A stretch of 64,000 bases of DNA from an uncultured Clostridia bacterium (GTDB lineage Bacteria; Bacillota; Clostridia; Lachnospirales; Anaerotignaceae): positions 294 through 64,293 of the forward strand of contig CALWEX010000049.1 of assembly GCA_944377425.1 (NCBI GenBank), read 5' to 3'. Positions 1-8,398 of the stretch are shown here, piece by piece. Numbering within the stretch: position 1 is the first letter of the stretch; every line of letters begins with the position of its first letter. Made by a program: the position numbers and the translations under genes. The notes below the pieces were generated by a model. It worked only from the letters and a program-made list of their open reading frames with translations. It had not been told where the DNA came from and made no database searches.

Positions 1-135
1 TTTTACCAAACAGCTTTTGTTAAATAATTCCTCTGGGTCTTTGCCAACTAAATCAGCTATTTTTTCTATACCTATATTAATTAAATCCTGTTCAATACTT
101 TTACCCACACCGGGTATATTTTTTAAATCACTCAT
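1..135 (-). CDS. helix-hairpin-helix (Cdd1-like) DNA-binding protein, N-terminal part; gene runs off the window edge
   Basis: Not in the ORF track because it is truncated. Minus-strand ATG at 135-133 reads MSDLKNIPGVGKSIEQDLINIGIEKIADLVGKDPEELF..., a GVG-type HhH motif. Confidence 0.45.
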   Translation of the reverse strand, partial: MSDLKNIPGVGKSIEQDLINIGIEKIADLVGKDPEELFNKSCLVK

Positions 136-152
136 ATACTGCCTTCTACCAA

Positions 153-707
153 TTATTTTATCCTTTTATAAATAATAGGTTCATCATAGCCCATTGTACG
201 CTTTGAGTTCATTTCCATAGTTTCACTTACTTCAAGTGTATCACCGTAAAATCTCTCAAAAATGGTAAACTTAAGCATAGGCGTAAACATGCTTATACTT
301 CCGCCTTCCCAAACACCGTCTTTAAGTGTGTAATAAGCTGGTGTAAACTTTGCAGAAGCCTTTAAATCAGCAAACTCTACATCACCCATTTTATCATAAG
401 TAAAGTCGCTTTTTCCATATCCCTCCGGTAAATCGTAGGAAGTAAGCTTTATTTTTTCACCTTCCTGAGTAAAAAGGAAAATATGCGGTGAAGAATGTGT
501 ATTGCCTTTTACTGTGTAATAGCTTTCTTCCACAATAAATATTCCTTCAAAACCTTCAGGCATGTTTTTAATTTTATTATTGCATACAGTGTTCACATGT
601 CTTGCAAAAGGAAATTCTGTTTTGCCTTCTGCCTGCATTTTGTCAAACTGTGCTTTATTATCAAAGTTTCCAGTTAATATATCAACAAAATTTTTAAGTT
701 CTCTCAT
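153..707 (-). CDS. CpcT/CpeT-like (DUF1001) beta-barrel protein
   Basis: 184 aa. N-terminal LTGNFDNKAQ resembles the GxFxNxxQ signature of the CpcT/CpeT family, and length and C-terminal pattern fit. Family assignment by eye only. Confidence 0.5.
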   Translation of the reverse strand: MRELKNFVDILTGNFDNKAQFDKMQAEGKTEFPFARHVNTVCNNKIKNMPEGFEGIFIVEESYYTVKGNTHSSPHIFLFTQEGEKIKLTSYDLPEGYGKSDFTYDKMGDVEFADLKASAKFTPAYYTLKDGVWEGGSISMFTPMLKFTIFERFYGDTLEVSETMEMNSKRTMGYDEPIIYKRIK

Positions 708-842
708 AAATAACCTCCTAGTCTGGTATAATTTTTCATATGCATTAAATTTATAAAAGTTATATAACTATACAGCAAAAAATAGTTTTAGGCTATATGT
801 TTTTATGTAAATTAACAAATAGTTTACATATAACAAAAATAC

Positions 843-884
843 AAAAAAGCACAAAACCAGTTATTTCCGGTTTTGTGCTTTTTT
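843..884. terminator. bidirectional rho-independent terminator downstream of aspS
   Basis: GCACAAAACC (849-858) pairs with GGTTTTGTGC (869-878), flanked by an A-run and a T-run. Confidence 0.8.
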
Positions 885-897
885 CAATTCAGATATT

Positions 898-2685
898 TTA
901 TTCTTCTTCCTTAACAGCGATTTCAAGCTCATCAAGCTGCGCCTTATCAACTACATTAGGTGCATCTGTAAGAAGGCATGAAGCGTCTTTTACTTTAGGG
1001 AAAGCAATAACGTCTCTTATAGTGCTTGCTCCAGCCATAAGCATTACCATACGGTCAAGACCGAATGCAAGTCCACCATGAGGTGGTACGCCATACTTAA
1101 ATGCTGTAAGAAGGAAACCGAATTTGTTCTCGGCTTCTTCGTCTGTAAAGCCCAAAAGCTCAAATATTTTCTTCTGAATATCCTGTCTGTGAATACGAAT
1201 GCTTCCGCCGCCAAGCTCTACGCCATTAAGCACCATATCGTAAGCTTTTGCTCTTACAGCACCAGGGTTTGTGTCTAAAAGTTCCAAATCCTCGTCCATA
1301 GGTGAAGTAAACGGATGATGCTCTGCAACCCATCTGTTTTCTTCTTCGCTGTATTCAAACATAGGGAACTCTGTAATCCAAAGGAAGTTATAATCATCAG
1401 GCTTTGTAAGGTCAAGGCGTCTTGCCATTTCAAGACGAAGAGCACCTAATGAGTCAAATACAATTTTGTCCTTATCAGCGCATATAAGTATAAGGTCGCC
1501 TGGTTTAGCATCCATAGCAGCTACAATCTCAGCCATTTTCTCGTCTGTAAAGAATTTTGCAATCTGGCTCTTTATGCTGCCGTCCTCATTTACAACTATC
1601 CATGCAAGACCTTTTGCCTTATAAGTCTTAACAAACTCTACAAGCTGGTCAATCTGCTTTCTTGGCATTTTACCGCAGCCATTAGCATTAATAGCTCTTA
1701 CAGAACCGCCTGCTTCAATAGCGTTTTTAAATACGGCAAAATCAGTGCCTTTTACTATATCTGTAATGTTTTTAAGCTCCATTCCAAAACGCATATCTGG
1801 CTTATCAGAACCAAAACGCTCCATACCCTCTTTCCATGTCATTCTTCTGAAAGGAGTTGGAACATCAACATTAAGAACTTCTTTAAATACTCTCTTAATA
1901 AGTCTTTCGTTTATATCAAGTATATCGTCAATATCAATAAAAGAAAGCTCCATGTCTATCTGTGTAAACTCTGGCTGTCTGTCAGCTCTTAAGTCTTCAT
2001 CACGGAAACATCTTGCAATCTGGAAATATCTGTCCATACCGGAAACCATAAGGAGCTGTTTAAAAAGCTGTGGTGACTGAGGAAGAGCATAAAAGTTGCC
2101 CGGATGCACACGGCTTGGAACAAGGTAATCTCTTGCGCCTTCAGGTGTGCTTCTTGTAAGCATAGGTGTTTCAATTTCCAAAAATCCTTCTTTATCAAGG
2201 AAATCACGTACAACATGTGTTACGTTATGACGAAGCTTAATATTTCTAAATATATTAGGCCTTCTTAAATCAAGGTATCTGTATTTAAGTCTTAATTCAT
2301 CGTTAACAGTAATATTTTCCTCAATCTGGAAAGGTGTTGTCTCACTTTCGGAAAGTATTCTTAAATCCTCGGCTAATATCTCTATTTTGCCTGTTTTCAT
2401 GTTTTCGTTAATATTTTCTTCTGTTCTTAAAGCAACAGTACCTGTAATGGCAACTACAAACTCACTTCTTATAGTTTCGGCTTTTTCAAATACGGCTTTT
2501 TCGGAATTGCCATCGGCTACAGCCTGAACAATACCTGTTCTGTCTCTTAAAGCTATAAATATAAGCTGGCCTAAATCCCTTCTTCTCTGAACCCAGCCCA
2601 TAACAGTAACTTTTTCACCGGCCATTTTTTCGTTTATATCGCCGCACATATGGCTTCTATTTAAGCCTGTCATAGATTCTCCCAT
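898..2685 (-). CDS. aspS: aspartyl-tRNA synthetase
   Basis: 595 aa. Class II motifs FQIARCFRDEDLRADRQPEFTQID and GGLAFGLDR; AAGGAGAG RBS 6 nt before the ATG. Confidence 0.97.
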   Translation of the reverse strand: MGESMTGLNRSHMCGDINEKMAGEKVTVMGWVQRRRDLGQLIFIALRDRTGIVQAVADGNSEKAVFEKAETIRSEFVVAITGTVALRTEENINENMKTGKIEILAEDLRILSESETTPFQIEENITVNDELRLKYRYLDLRRPNIFRNIKLRHNVTHVVRDFLDKEGFLEIETPMLTRSTPEGARDYLVPSRVHPGNFYALPQSPQLFKQLLMVSGMDRYFQIARCFRDEDLRADRQPEFTQIDMELSFIDIDDILDINERLIKRVFKEVLNVDVPTPFRRMTWKEGMERFGSDKPDMRFGMELKNITDIVKGTDFAVFKNAIEAGGSVRAINANGCGKMPRKQIDQLVEFVKTYKAKGLAWIVVNEDGSIKSQIAKFFTDEKMAEIVAAMDAKPGDLILICADKDKIVFDSLGALRLEMARRLDLTKPDDYNFLWITEFPMFEYSEEENRWVAEHHPFTSPMDEDLELLDTNPGAVRAKAYDMVLNGVELGGGSIRIHRQDIQKKIFELLGFTDEEAENKFGFLLTAFKYGVPPHGGLAFGLDRMVMLMAGASTIRDVIAFPKVKDASCLLTDAPNVVDKAQLDELEIAVKEEE

Positions 2686-2878
2686 AATAACTCTCCTTTG
2701 AGCAATTTATTAAAATTCAAATAAAAGAACTCCGCACATTTTGCAGACCAAAAACAGTTTAGCAGAAAAAACGCAAAACATCAATGTTTTAAGCAAGTTT
2801 TGTATCTGCACATATTAAAATTACGTTTATTTTAGTCATCTGCATGTTAAAGTATGCAAAGTATTTAATAACAACGAA

Positions 2879-2914
2879 GCACGAAACTATACGTAAAAGC
2901 GTATAATTTCGTGC
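2879..2914 (-). terminator. terminator after ilvE
   Basis: GCACGAAACTATACG / CGTATAATTTCGTGC stem with one mismatch, followed on the minus strand by TTCGTTGTTATT. Confidence 0.6.
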
Positions 2915-2964
2915 TGCCTTAATTTTTATATTACTGTTTAATACAAAAGGTTTATTGTTTTTTA

Positions 2965-4029
2965 TTAGTCAACCTTTGTTACCCAGCCATATTTATCCTC
3001 AATTTTACCGCTCTGGATACCTGTAATTGTATCATATACAAGGTGTGAAACAGGTCCGATTTCTCCGTTGTTAACTTTAATTGTTCTGCCTTCCCAAAGA
3101 AGCTCACCTACAGGAGAAATAACGGCTGCTGTACCTGTACCGAATATCTCGTTAAGAGTACCGTTGTCGTAAGCATCAAATACTTCCTGAATAGCAATCT
3201 TTCTTTCTGTTACTTTGTAGCCGTTAGCTTTTAAAAGCTCTATAGCACTTCTTCTTGTGATACCAGGAAGGATACTTCCGTTAAGCTCTGGTGTAATAAC
3301 TTCGTTGTTGATAACAAACATAATGTTCATTGTACCAACTTCTTCAATGTATTTCTTCTCAACACCGTCAAGCCAAAGAACCTGTGTATAGCCTCTTTCT
3401 TCAGCTATCTCCTGTGCTATAAGGCTTGCTGCATAGTTGCCGGCTGTTTTTGTAAAGCCCATACCGCCTTTAACAGCTCTGCAGTACTCGTCCTCAACAT
3501 AGATTCTAACAGGGTTAATACCTTCTTTGTAGTAAGAACCAACAGGTGAAAGAACAATCATAAATTTATATGTTTTTGATGGATGAACACCGATGTGAAC
3601 ATCTGTAGCTATAATAAATGGTCTGATGTAAAGGCTTGTGCCCTCTCCTGTAGGTATCCAATCTTTATCAACCTCAACAAGCTTTTTAATAGCCTCAACG
3701 CCATCTTCAACATTAAACTGTGGAATAACAAGTCTCTGGTTAGATGTGTTAAGTCTTTCCATGTTAAGCTCTGGTCTGAAAAGTCTTATTTCGCCGTCTT
3801 TTCCTAAGTAAGCTTTAAGTCCTTCAAATGTTGTCTGGCCATAGTGAAGAACCATGCTGCAAGGGCTCATCTCAAGATTGTGGAAAGGAACGATTCTTGG
3901 GTCATGCCAGCCAATGCCTTCTGTATAATCCCACTCAAACATGTGGTCTGTGTAATAAACACCAAAAGGAAGATTTGAGTAGTCCGGTTTTTCTTTTTTG
4001 TGCTGTGTTAAAGTTACTTTAATATCCAT
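2965..4029 (-). CDS. ilvE: branched-chain amino acid aminotransferase (fold type IV)
   Basis: 354 aa, typical BCAT N-terminus and FEGLKAY motif; GGAGGG RBS. Confidence 0.93.
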   Translation of the reverse strand: MDIKVTLTQHKKEKPDYSNLPFGVYYTDHMFEWDYTEGIGWHDPRIVPFHNLEMSPCSMVLHYGQTTFEGLKAYLGKDGEIRLFRPELNMERLNTSNQRLVIPQFNVEDGVEAIKKLVEVDKDWIPTGEGTSLYIRPFIIATDVHIGVHPSKTYKFMIVLSPVGSYYKEGINPVRIYVEDEYCRAVKGGMGFTKTAGNYAASLIAQEIAEERGYTQVLWLDGVEKKYIEEVGTMNIMFVINNEVITPELNGSILPGITRRSAIELLKANGYKVTERKIAIQEVFDAYDNGTLNEIFGTGTAAVISPVGELLWEGRTIKVNNGEIGPVSHLVYDTITGIQSGKIEDKYGWVTKVD

Positions 4030-4109
4030 AATTATACCCTCCTGTATTAACCCTAAAAATTTTCGTATTTTTATTATTATTTATATATTAGCCACGTTTT
4101 GCCGCGCGG

Positions 4110-5372
4110 TTATTTCAACATTTTATTCATTACATCAACAATATTTTCAATTTCAATTTCTGAAACTTCACTTGTTTCCATGTTCTTAAGCTGAGCAGTA
4201 CCCTTTGCAATCTCATCGTCACCAAGAATCATAGAGTAGGCTGCACCTATTTTGTTGGCGTATTTCATTTGAGCTTTAACGCTTCGGCCCACAGTATCAG
4301 CTTCGGCTTTAATTCCGGCTTTTCTTAGCTTATAAACTAAAGTCTGGCTTTTAATAAAGCCTTCCTTTCCCATGGAGCCAATAAATATATCTCTGTAAGG
4401 CTTAAACTCGCTTTGTCCGTTTTGTGCCTGAAGTGTAAGCATAAGCCTTTCCATACCTAAACCAAATCCTACAGCGCCTGTTTTTGGTCCGCCGCATTCT
4501 TCTATAAGGTTATCGTATCTGCCGCCGCCGCAAACTGTGCTTTGAGCGCCTATACTTGTTGTAACAAACTCAAAAACTGTTCTTGTGTAGTAGTCAAGAC
4601 CTCTAACTATTTGTGAGTCTACCACATATTTAATGCCCATACTGTCAAGTATGCTCTTTAATGTTTCAAAATGCTCTTTACACTCAGGGCCTAAGCAGTC
4701 CAATATAGAAGGCGCACCGGCTATAATTTTTTTACAGCCTTCCTCTTTGCAGTCAAGGACTCGAAGCGGGTTTTTCTCATAACGCGCTTTACACTCTTTG
4801 CAAAGTCCGTCGATATTGCTTCCAATAAATTCTTTTAAAGCCTTGTTGTATTTTGCCCTGCACTCTGGTCCGCCTAATGAGTTAATTCTAAGCTCTATGT
4901 CTTTTATATTAAAGCTTTCCATAAGCTGCGCTGCTGCTGAAATAACTTCGGCATCAAGGGCTGGTGAGTAAGAGCCAAACATTTCAATTCCAAACTGGTG
5001 GAACTGTCTTTGCCTTCCGGCCTGTGTATTTTCGTACCTGAATGTAGGTGAAATATAGTAAAGCTTTGTAGGCTGTGGGTTATTAAACATTCCATGTTCA
5101 ATATAAGCCCTTGCAACACCAGCTGTGCTTTCCGGCTTTAAAGTAATGCTTCTGCCGGCCTTGTCATCAAAGGTGTACATTTCTTTCTGCACAATATCTG
5201 TTGTATCGCCTACGCTTCTTAGGAACAGCTCTGTATGTTCAAAAATAGGTGTGCGTATTTCTTCTATACCAAAGCTTTGGCATAAAGCACGTATTTTGTT
5301 TTCTACACTGTGCCATAAAGGCATTTCATCGCCAAAAATATCTTTTGTTCCCTTTGGTGAGTGGGTCAGCAT
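4110..5372 (-). CDS. hisS: histidyl-tRNA synthetase
   Basis: HisRS motifs KGTKDIF, FRYENTQAGRQRQFHQFG, LDYYTRTVFEF and GGGRYD. The tracked ORF start (5477) lies inside the T-box leader. The true start is ATG 5372, preceded by a GGAGG RBS. Confidence 0.96.
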   Translation of the reverse strand: MLTHSPKGTKDIFGDEMPLWHSVENKIRALCQSFGIEEIRTPIFEHTELFLRSVGDTTDIVQKEMYTFDDKAGRSITLKPESTAGVARAYIEHGMFNNPQPTKLYYISPTFRYENTQAGRQRQFHQFGIEMFGSYSPALDAEVISAAAQLMESFNIKDIELRINSLGGPECRAKYNKALKEFIGSNIDGLCKECKARYEKNPLRVLDCKEEGCKKIIAGAPSILDCLGPECKEHFETLKSILDSMGIKYVVDSQIVRGLDYYTRTVFEFVTTSIGAQSTVCGGGRYDNLIEECGGPKTGAVGFGLGMERLMLTLQAQNGQSEFKPYRDIFIGSMGKEGFIKSQTLVYKLRKAGIKAEADTVGRSVKAQMKYANKIGAAYSMILGDDEIAKGTAQLKNMETSEVSEIEIENIVDVMNKMLK

Positions 5373-5390
5373 ATTAATTACCTCCAAATA

Positions 5391-5672
5391 TAAACAAAGA
5401 GCTTTCGTACAAAGGACGAAAGCTCGCGGTACCACCTTAATTTCTTTAATTATTAAAACTAAAGACTCTTTAAACACGTATAACGGCGCTACCCGCCCGA
5501 ATTTACTTTCAGGCTAAAAGCCTGTTTCAAAACGGAAACTCCCAAGCTACCTTCACCGAACCATATCCCAAAAGACCTCTCAGCTTATAAGTCTTTCTCT
5601 CTTTGGGCTGAAATCGATTACTCCTCTTGTTCACTGTATTTATCAGTATTCAAAACAACTATCGAAATGTTG
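5391..5672 (-). promoter_or_regulatory. T-box leader (tRNA-sensing transcription attenuator) upstream of hisS
   Basis: Minus strand shows the K-turn/Stem I base, AGGAGUA S-turn, AGAGAG bulge and a CUGAGAG distal loop. It also shows the F-box-like CGCCGUUA, the T-box sequence AAGGUGGUACCGCG (5425-5438), and a terminator GAGCUUUCGU/ACGAAAGCUC + UUUGUUUAU (5391-5425). Confidence 0.9.
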
Positions 5673-5678
5673 TTTTAT

Positions 5679-5707
5679 ATTCTAATAACTCACTTTTAAT
5701 TTGTCAA
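5679..5707 (-). promoter_or_regulatory. sigma-A type promoter of the T-box/hisS unit
   Basis: Minus strand TTGACA (5707-5702), 17 nt spacer, TAGAAT (5684-5679). Confidence 0.75.
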
Positions 5708-5801
5708 TAGTATTTTTAAATTTTTTTAATCAAAAAGCCGGCTGTATTATATTAAATACATACCCATAAGCTTTTAAAGCGATTTCGAAACTGAAGCAAA
5801 A

Positions 5802-7250
5802 TTACCATTTATTGCTGCTAAGCGCTATTTCTTTACGCTCTATCATTTCGTCAAAACGCGACAAATAATCGTCTACACTTTTTACATTAAACACTCTTAC
5901 CAGCTGGTTCTTGTCTGGGTTATAAAGCTTTGTGGCTCCGCCTGCTCCTGTGGCTATTATAGTCTGCTTTTCTTCCATAATTTCCACATTGTAAATGCTT
6001 TCCATGCCTTTTTTGCAGTAGCCCACATTTTCAAAATTACCCAGCATAGCCTTTTGCCTGTACATGTAATACGGCGCAAGACCCATTTTACCTGCGTAAT
6101 ATGAGGAAATATTAATCATGCTTTCCATTTCCTCGGCAGCAGTTAAATCGTAAGAAAGTATATTTTCTTTAAGTCTTGAAGCTCTTTTAACTGCCAAAGT
6201 ATGTACAGTAAGGCTTTCTGGAGCAAGTTTTTGAATTTCGCGCATGGTATTTTCAACATCTTCTGCCTTCTCCTGAGGAAGCCCCAGTATAATATCCATG
6301 TTTATGTTATTAAATCCTTCTTCTTTTGCCATATAAAAGGCTTTTTTAATATCCTCAACACTGTGACGTCGGCCTATAATATCCAGTGTTTTCTGGTTCA
6401 TAGTCTGCGGATTAACTGATATACGGTTTACACCTGCTTTTTTCATTGCTTCAAGCTTTGCCTTTGTAATTGTATCTGGTCTGCCTGCTTCCACTGTAAA
6501 CTCATCAACATTCTGTAAGTCAAAAATTTCACTTACATTTTCCATAAGCTTTGCAAACTGTCCGTCATTCAAAGACGTAGGGGTTCCGCCACCTATATAT
6601 ACCGACCTAAGACGGCGGCCTTTTAATTTGCCTGAAACAAACTTAAGCTCCTCAGCAAGTTTATTAATATATTCGTCAGCTTTTTTGGAATATTTATCTA
6701 TAGGATAAGAAGTAAAAGAACAATAAAGACACCTAGTAGGGCAAAAAGGTATGCCTATATAAAGGCTTACATCTAAAGGTGAATTTGTTAGAAGTATCTC
6801 TCTTTCAGCTTTTGATACATTAAGAGCCAAAAGCGCCTTTTGATGCGATACATAAAATCTGTTTTCAAAATACTCAATTATTTTGTTGTCACTGTACCCA
6901 GATTGTGAAAGCTCGCTTGCTGTCTTTGCAGGGCGCACACCTGTAATCATACCCCATTTAGGCATATAACCTGTAAATGAATAAAGAGCTTTAAAAACAG
7001 CTTCTTTTACAATGTGCTTTATCTCTTTTTCGTCAGCATTTTCTTTGCGGTTTACAAAACCTTGGGCTTTTAAATTGCCGTCTTGGTAAAAATATGCCTC
7101 TGCGCGGCTATCCGTAAGAATACTCTTTACAGCCGCGCCGTCTTTAGGCATTTCATCTACATTATAATAATGCCGATTTGGAAAAAATATCTGTATAGCC
7201 GTCTGTACGTCCATAGCGTAAGTATGGCCTTCTAAAACAAAATTAATCAT
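5802..7250 (-). CDS. hemZ: radical SAM coproporphyrinogen dehydrogenase-like protein (HemZ type)
   Basis: 482 aa, CPTRCLYCSF radical-SAM cluster motif. Its position next to the MBL hydrolase, dtd and relA is typical of Clostridia. Confidence 0.85.
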   Translation of the reverse strand: MINFVLEGHTYAMDVQTAIQIFFPNRHYYNVDEMPKDGAAVKSILTDSRAEAYFYQDGNLKAQGFVNRKENADEKEIKHIVKEAVFKALYSFTGYMPKWGMITGVRPAKTASELSQSGYSDNKIIEYFENRFYVSHQKALLALNVSKAEREILLTNSPLDVSLYIGIPFCPTRCLYCSFTSYPIDKYSKKADEYINKLAEELKFVSGKLKGRRLRSVYIGGGTPTSLNDGQFAKLMENVSEIFDLQNVDEFTVEAGRPDTITKAKLEAMKKAGVNRISVNPQTMNQKTLDIIGRRHSVEDIKKAFYMAKEEGFNNINMDIILGLPQEKAEDVENTMREIQKLAPESLTVHTLAVKRASRLKENILSYDLTAAEEMESMINISSYYAGKMGLAPYYMYRQKAMLGNFENVGYCKKGMESIYNVEIMEEKQTIIATGAGGATKLYNPDKNQLVRVFNVKSVDDYLSRFDEMIERKEIALSSNKW

Positions 7251-7254
7251 ATCA

Positions 7255-7920
7255 TCAGCCTTTTACAAAAGGGTTAAACTTCTTCTCAAAGCCTATACTG
7301 CTTTGTCCGCCGTGGCCCGGAAAAACCGTTGTTTCGTCAGGCAATATAAAAAGCTTATTTTTAATAGAGCTTAAAAGCCTGCTTGTGTTCTCAAATGAAG
7401 GATAGCCCATTCCATTTTCCATAGGCGGGTTAGGAAAATCCGTTCTTCCTACAGAAGCATAGAAAAGAGTATCTCCTGAAAAAAGTACGCCGTTTTCATT
7501 ATCATAATAGCATACACCGCCTTGTGTGTGTCCTGGTGTATGAATTACTTTTAATGTGCAGTTATTAAACTTAAACTCGTCGCCGTCATTAAAAATTAAA
7601 TTTGGCTCAACAACCATTGCTTTTGATGTAAGAGCTAAAGAAAAATTAATGCTCTCGTCTTTAAGCACTGGTACTTCCCATTTGTGAGCGCCTACAGGAA
7701 TATTATATTTTTCCTTTAACTCGTTAACAGCGCCTATATGGTCACTGTGGCCATGGGTAAGAAGTATGGCTTTAACATTAATACCGTTTTCGTCTATTAT
7801 TTTCTCTATAGCCTGTGCCTGTGCGCCAGGGTCTATAATTACGCCTTCTTTTGTGTTTTCGTCAAAATATATATATACATTCTGGTCCATGTTTCTTACA
7901 ACATGTTTAAGCAATTTCAT
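7255..7920 (-). CDS. MBL-fold metallo-hydrolase
   Basis: 221 aa, THGHSDH zinc motif. Confidence 0.9.
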   Translation of the reverse strand: MKLLKHVVRNMDQNVYIYFDENTKEGVIIDPGAQAQAIEKIIDENGINVKAILLTHGHSDHIGAVNELKEKYNIPVGAHKWEVPVLKDESINFSLALTSKAMVVEPNLIFNDGDEFKFNNCTLKVIHTPGHTQGGVCYYDNENGVLFSGDTLFYASVGRTDFPNPPMENGMGYPSFENTSRLLSSIKNKLFILPDETTVFPGHGGQSSIGFEKKFNPFVKG

Positions 7921-7934
7921 TAAATATCGCCTCC

Positions 7935-8387
7935 TTAAAACATTTTTGAGCTGTCTAAAAGTATGGTAATAGGCCCATCATTTAAAAGCTCAACTTTCAT
8001 ATCGGCCTGAAATATACCGTAGCCAACTTTTTTAAGTTCAATATCCTTTGTTTTTTCTTTTAATAGCTCAAACAATTCCTCTGCTCTTTTAGGCTCAGCG
8101 GCATAAGAATATCCAGGTCGCCTGCCATGGCGTGCGTCACCGTAAAGTGTAAAATTAGGCACAAATATAATACTGCCGCCTACATCTTTAACAGATAAGT
8201 TCATTTTATCGTTTTCATCAGAAAATATTCTTAAATTAACTGTTTTATCTATTATATAATCAATATCTTTTTCAGTATCCTGCGGCCCAAAACCCACAAG
8301 GGCAAGTATGCCTTTGCCTATCTCGGCAACCATTTTGCCCTCTACATTTACACTGGCATAACCACAGCGCTGTATAACTGCTCTCAT
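7935..8387 (-). CDS. dtd: D-aminoacyl-tRNA deacylase
   Basis: 150 aa, MRAVIQR... N-terminus and length typical of Dtd. Confidence 0.93.
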   Translation of the reverse strand: MRAVIQRCGYASVNVEGKMVAEIGKGILALVGFGPQDTEKDIDYIIDKTVNLRIFSDENDKMNLSVKDVGGSIIFVPNFTLYGDARHGRRPGYSYAAEPKRAEELFELLKEKTKDIELKKVGYGIFQADMKVELLNDGPITILLDSSKMF

Positions 8388-8398
8388 TTTATCCTCCG

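Noticed and set aside
2879-2914. Shared GCACGAAA / TTTCGTGC stems in the terminators at 2879-2914 and 59213-59250, with similar ACGAA/TTCGT stems at 13476-13514, 45364-45384 and the T-box terminator, as a repeat family.
   Set aside because: Only 6-8 bp are shared and the loops and flanks differ. In AT-rich genomes terminator stems draw on few GC-containing words, so chance similarity is likely.
5373-5477. N-terminal 35-codon extension of the tracked hisS ORF. Similar extensions occur for dnaE (33853-33939), the 427-aa protein (43800-43958), MATE (48435-48482), EamA (49434-49496) and the Y-family polymerase (53765-53800).
   Set aside because: The extensions run through leader or promoter sequence, lack an RBS, and encode hydrophobic nonsense. 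Internal ATGs with GGAGG-type RBSs match the conserved N-termini.
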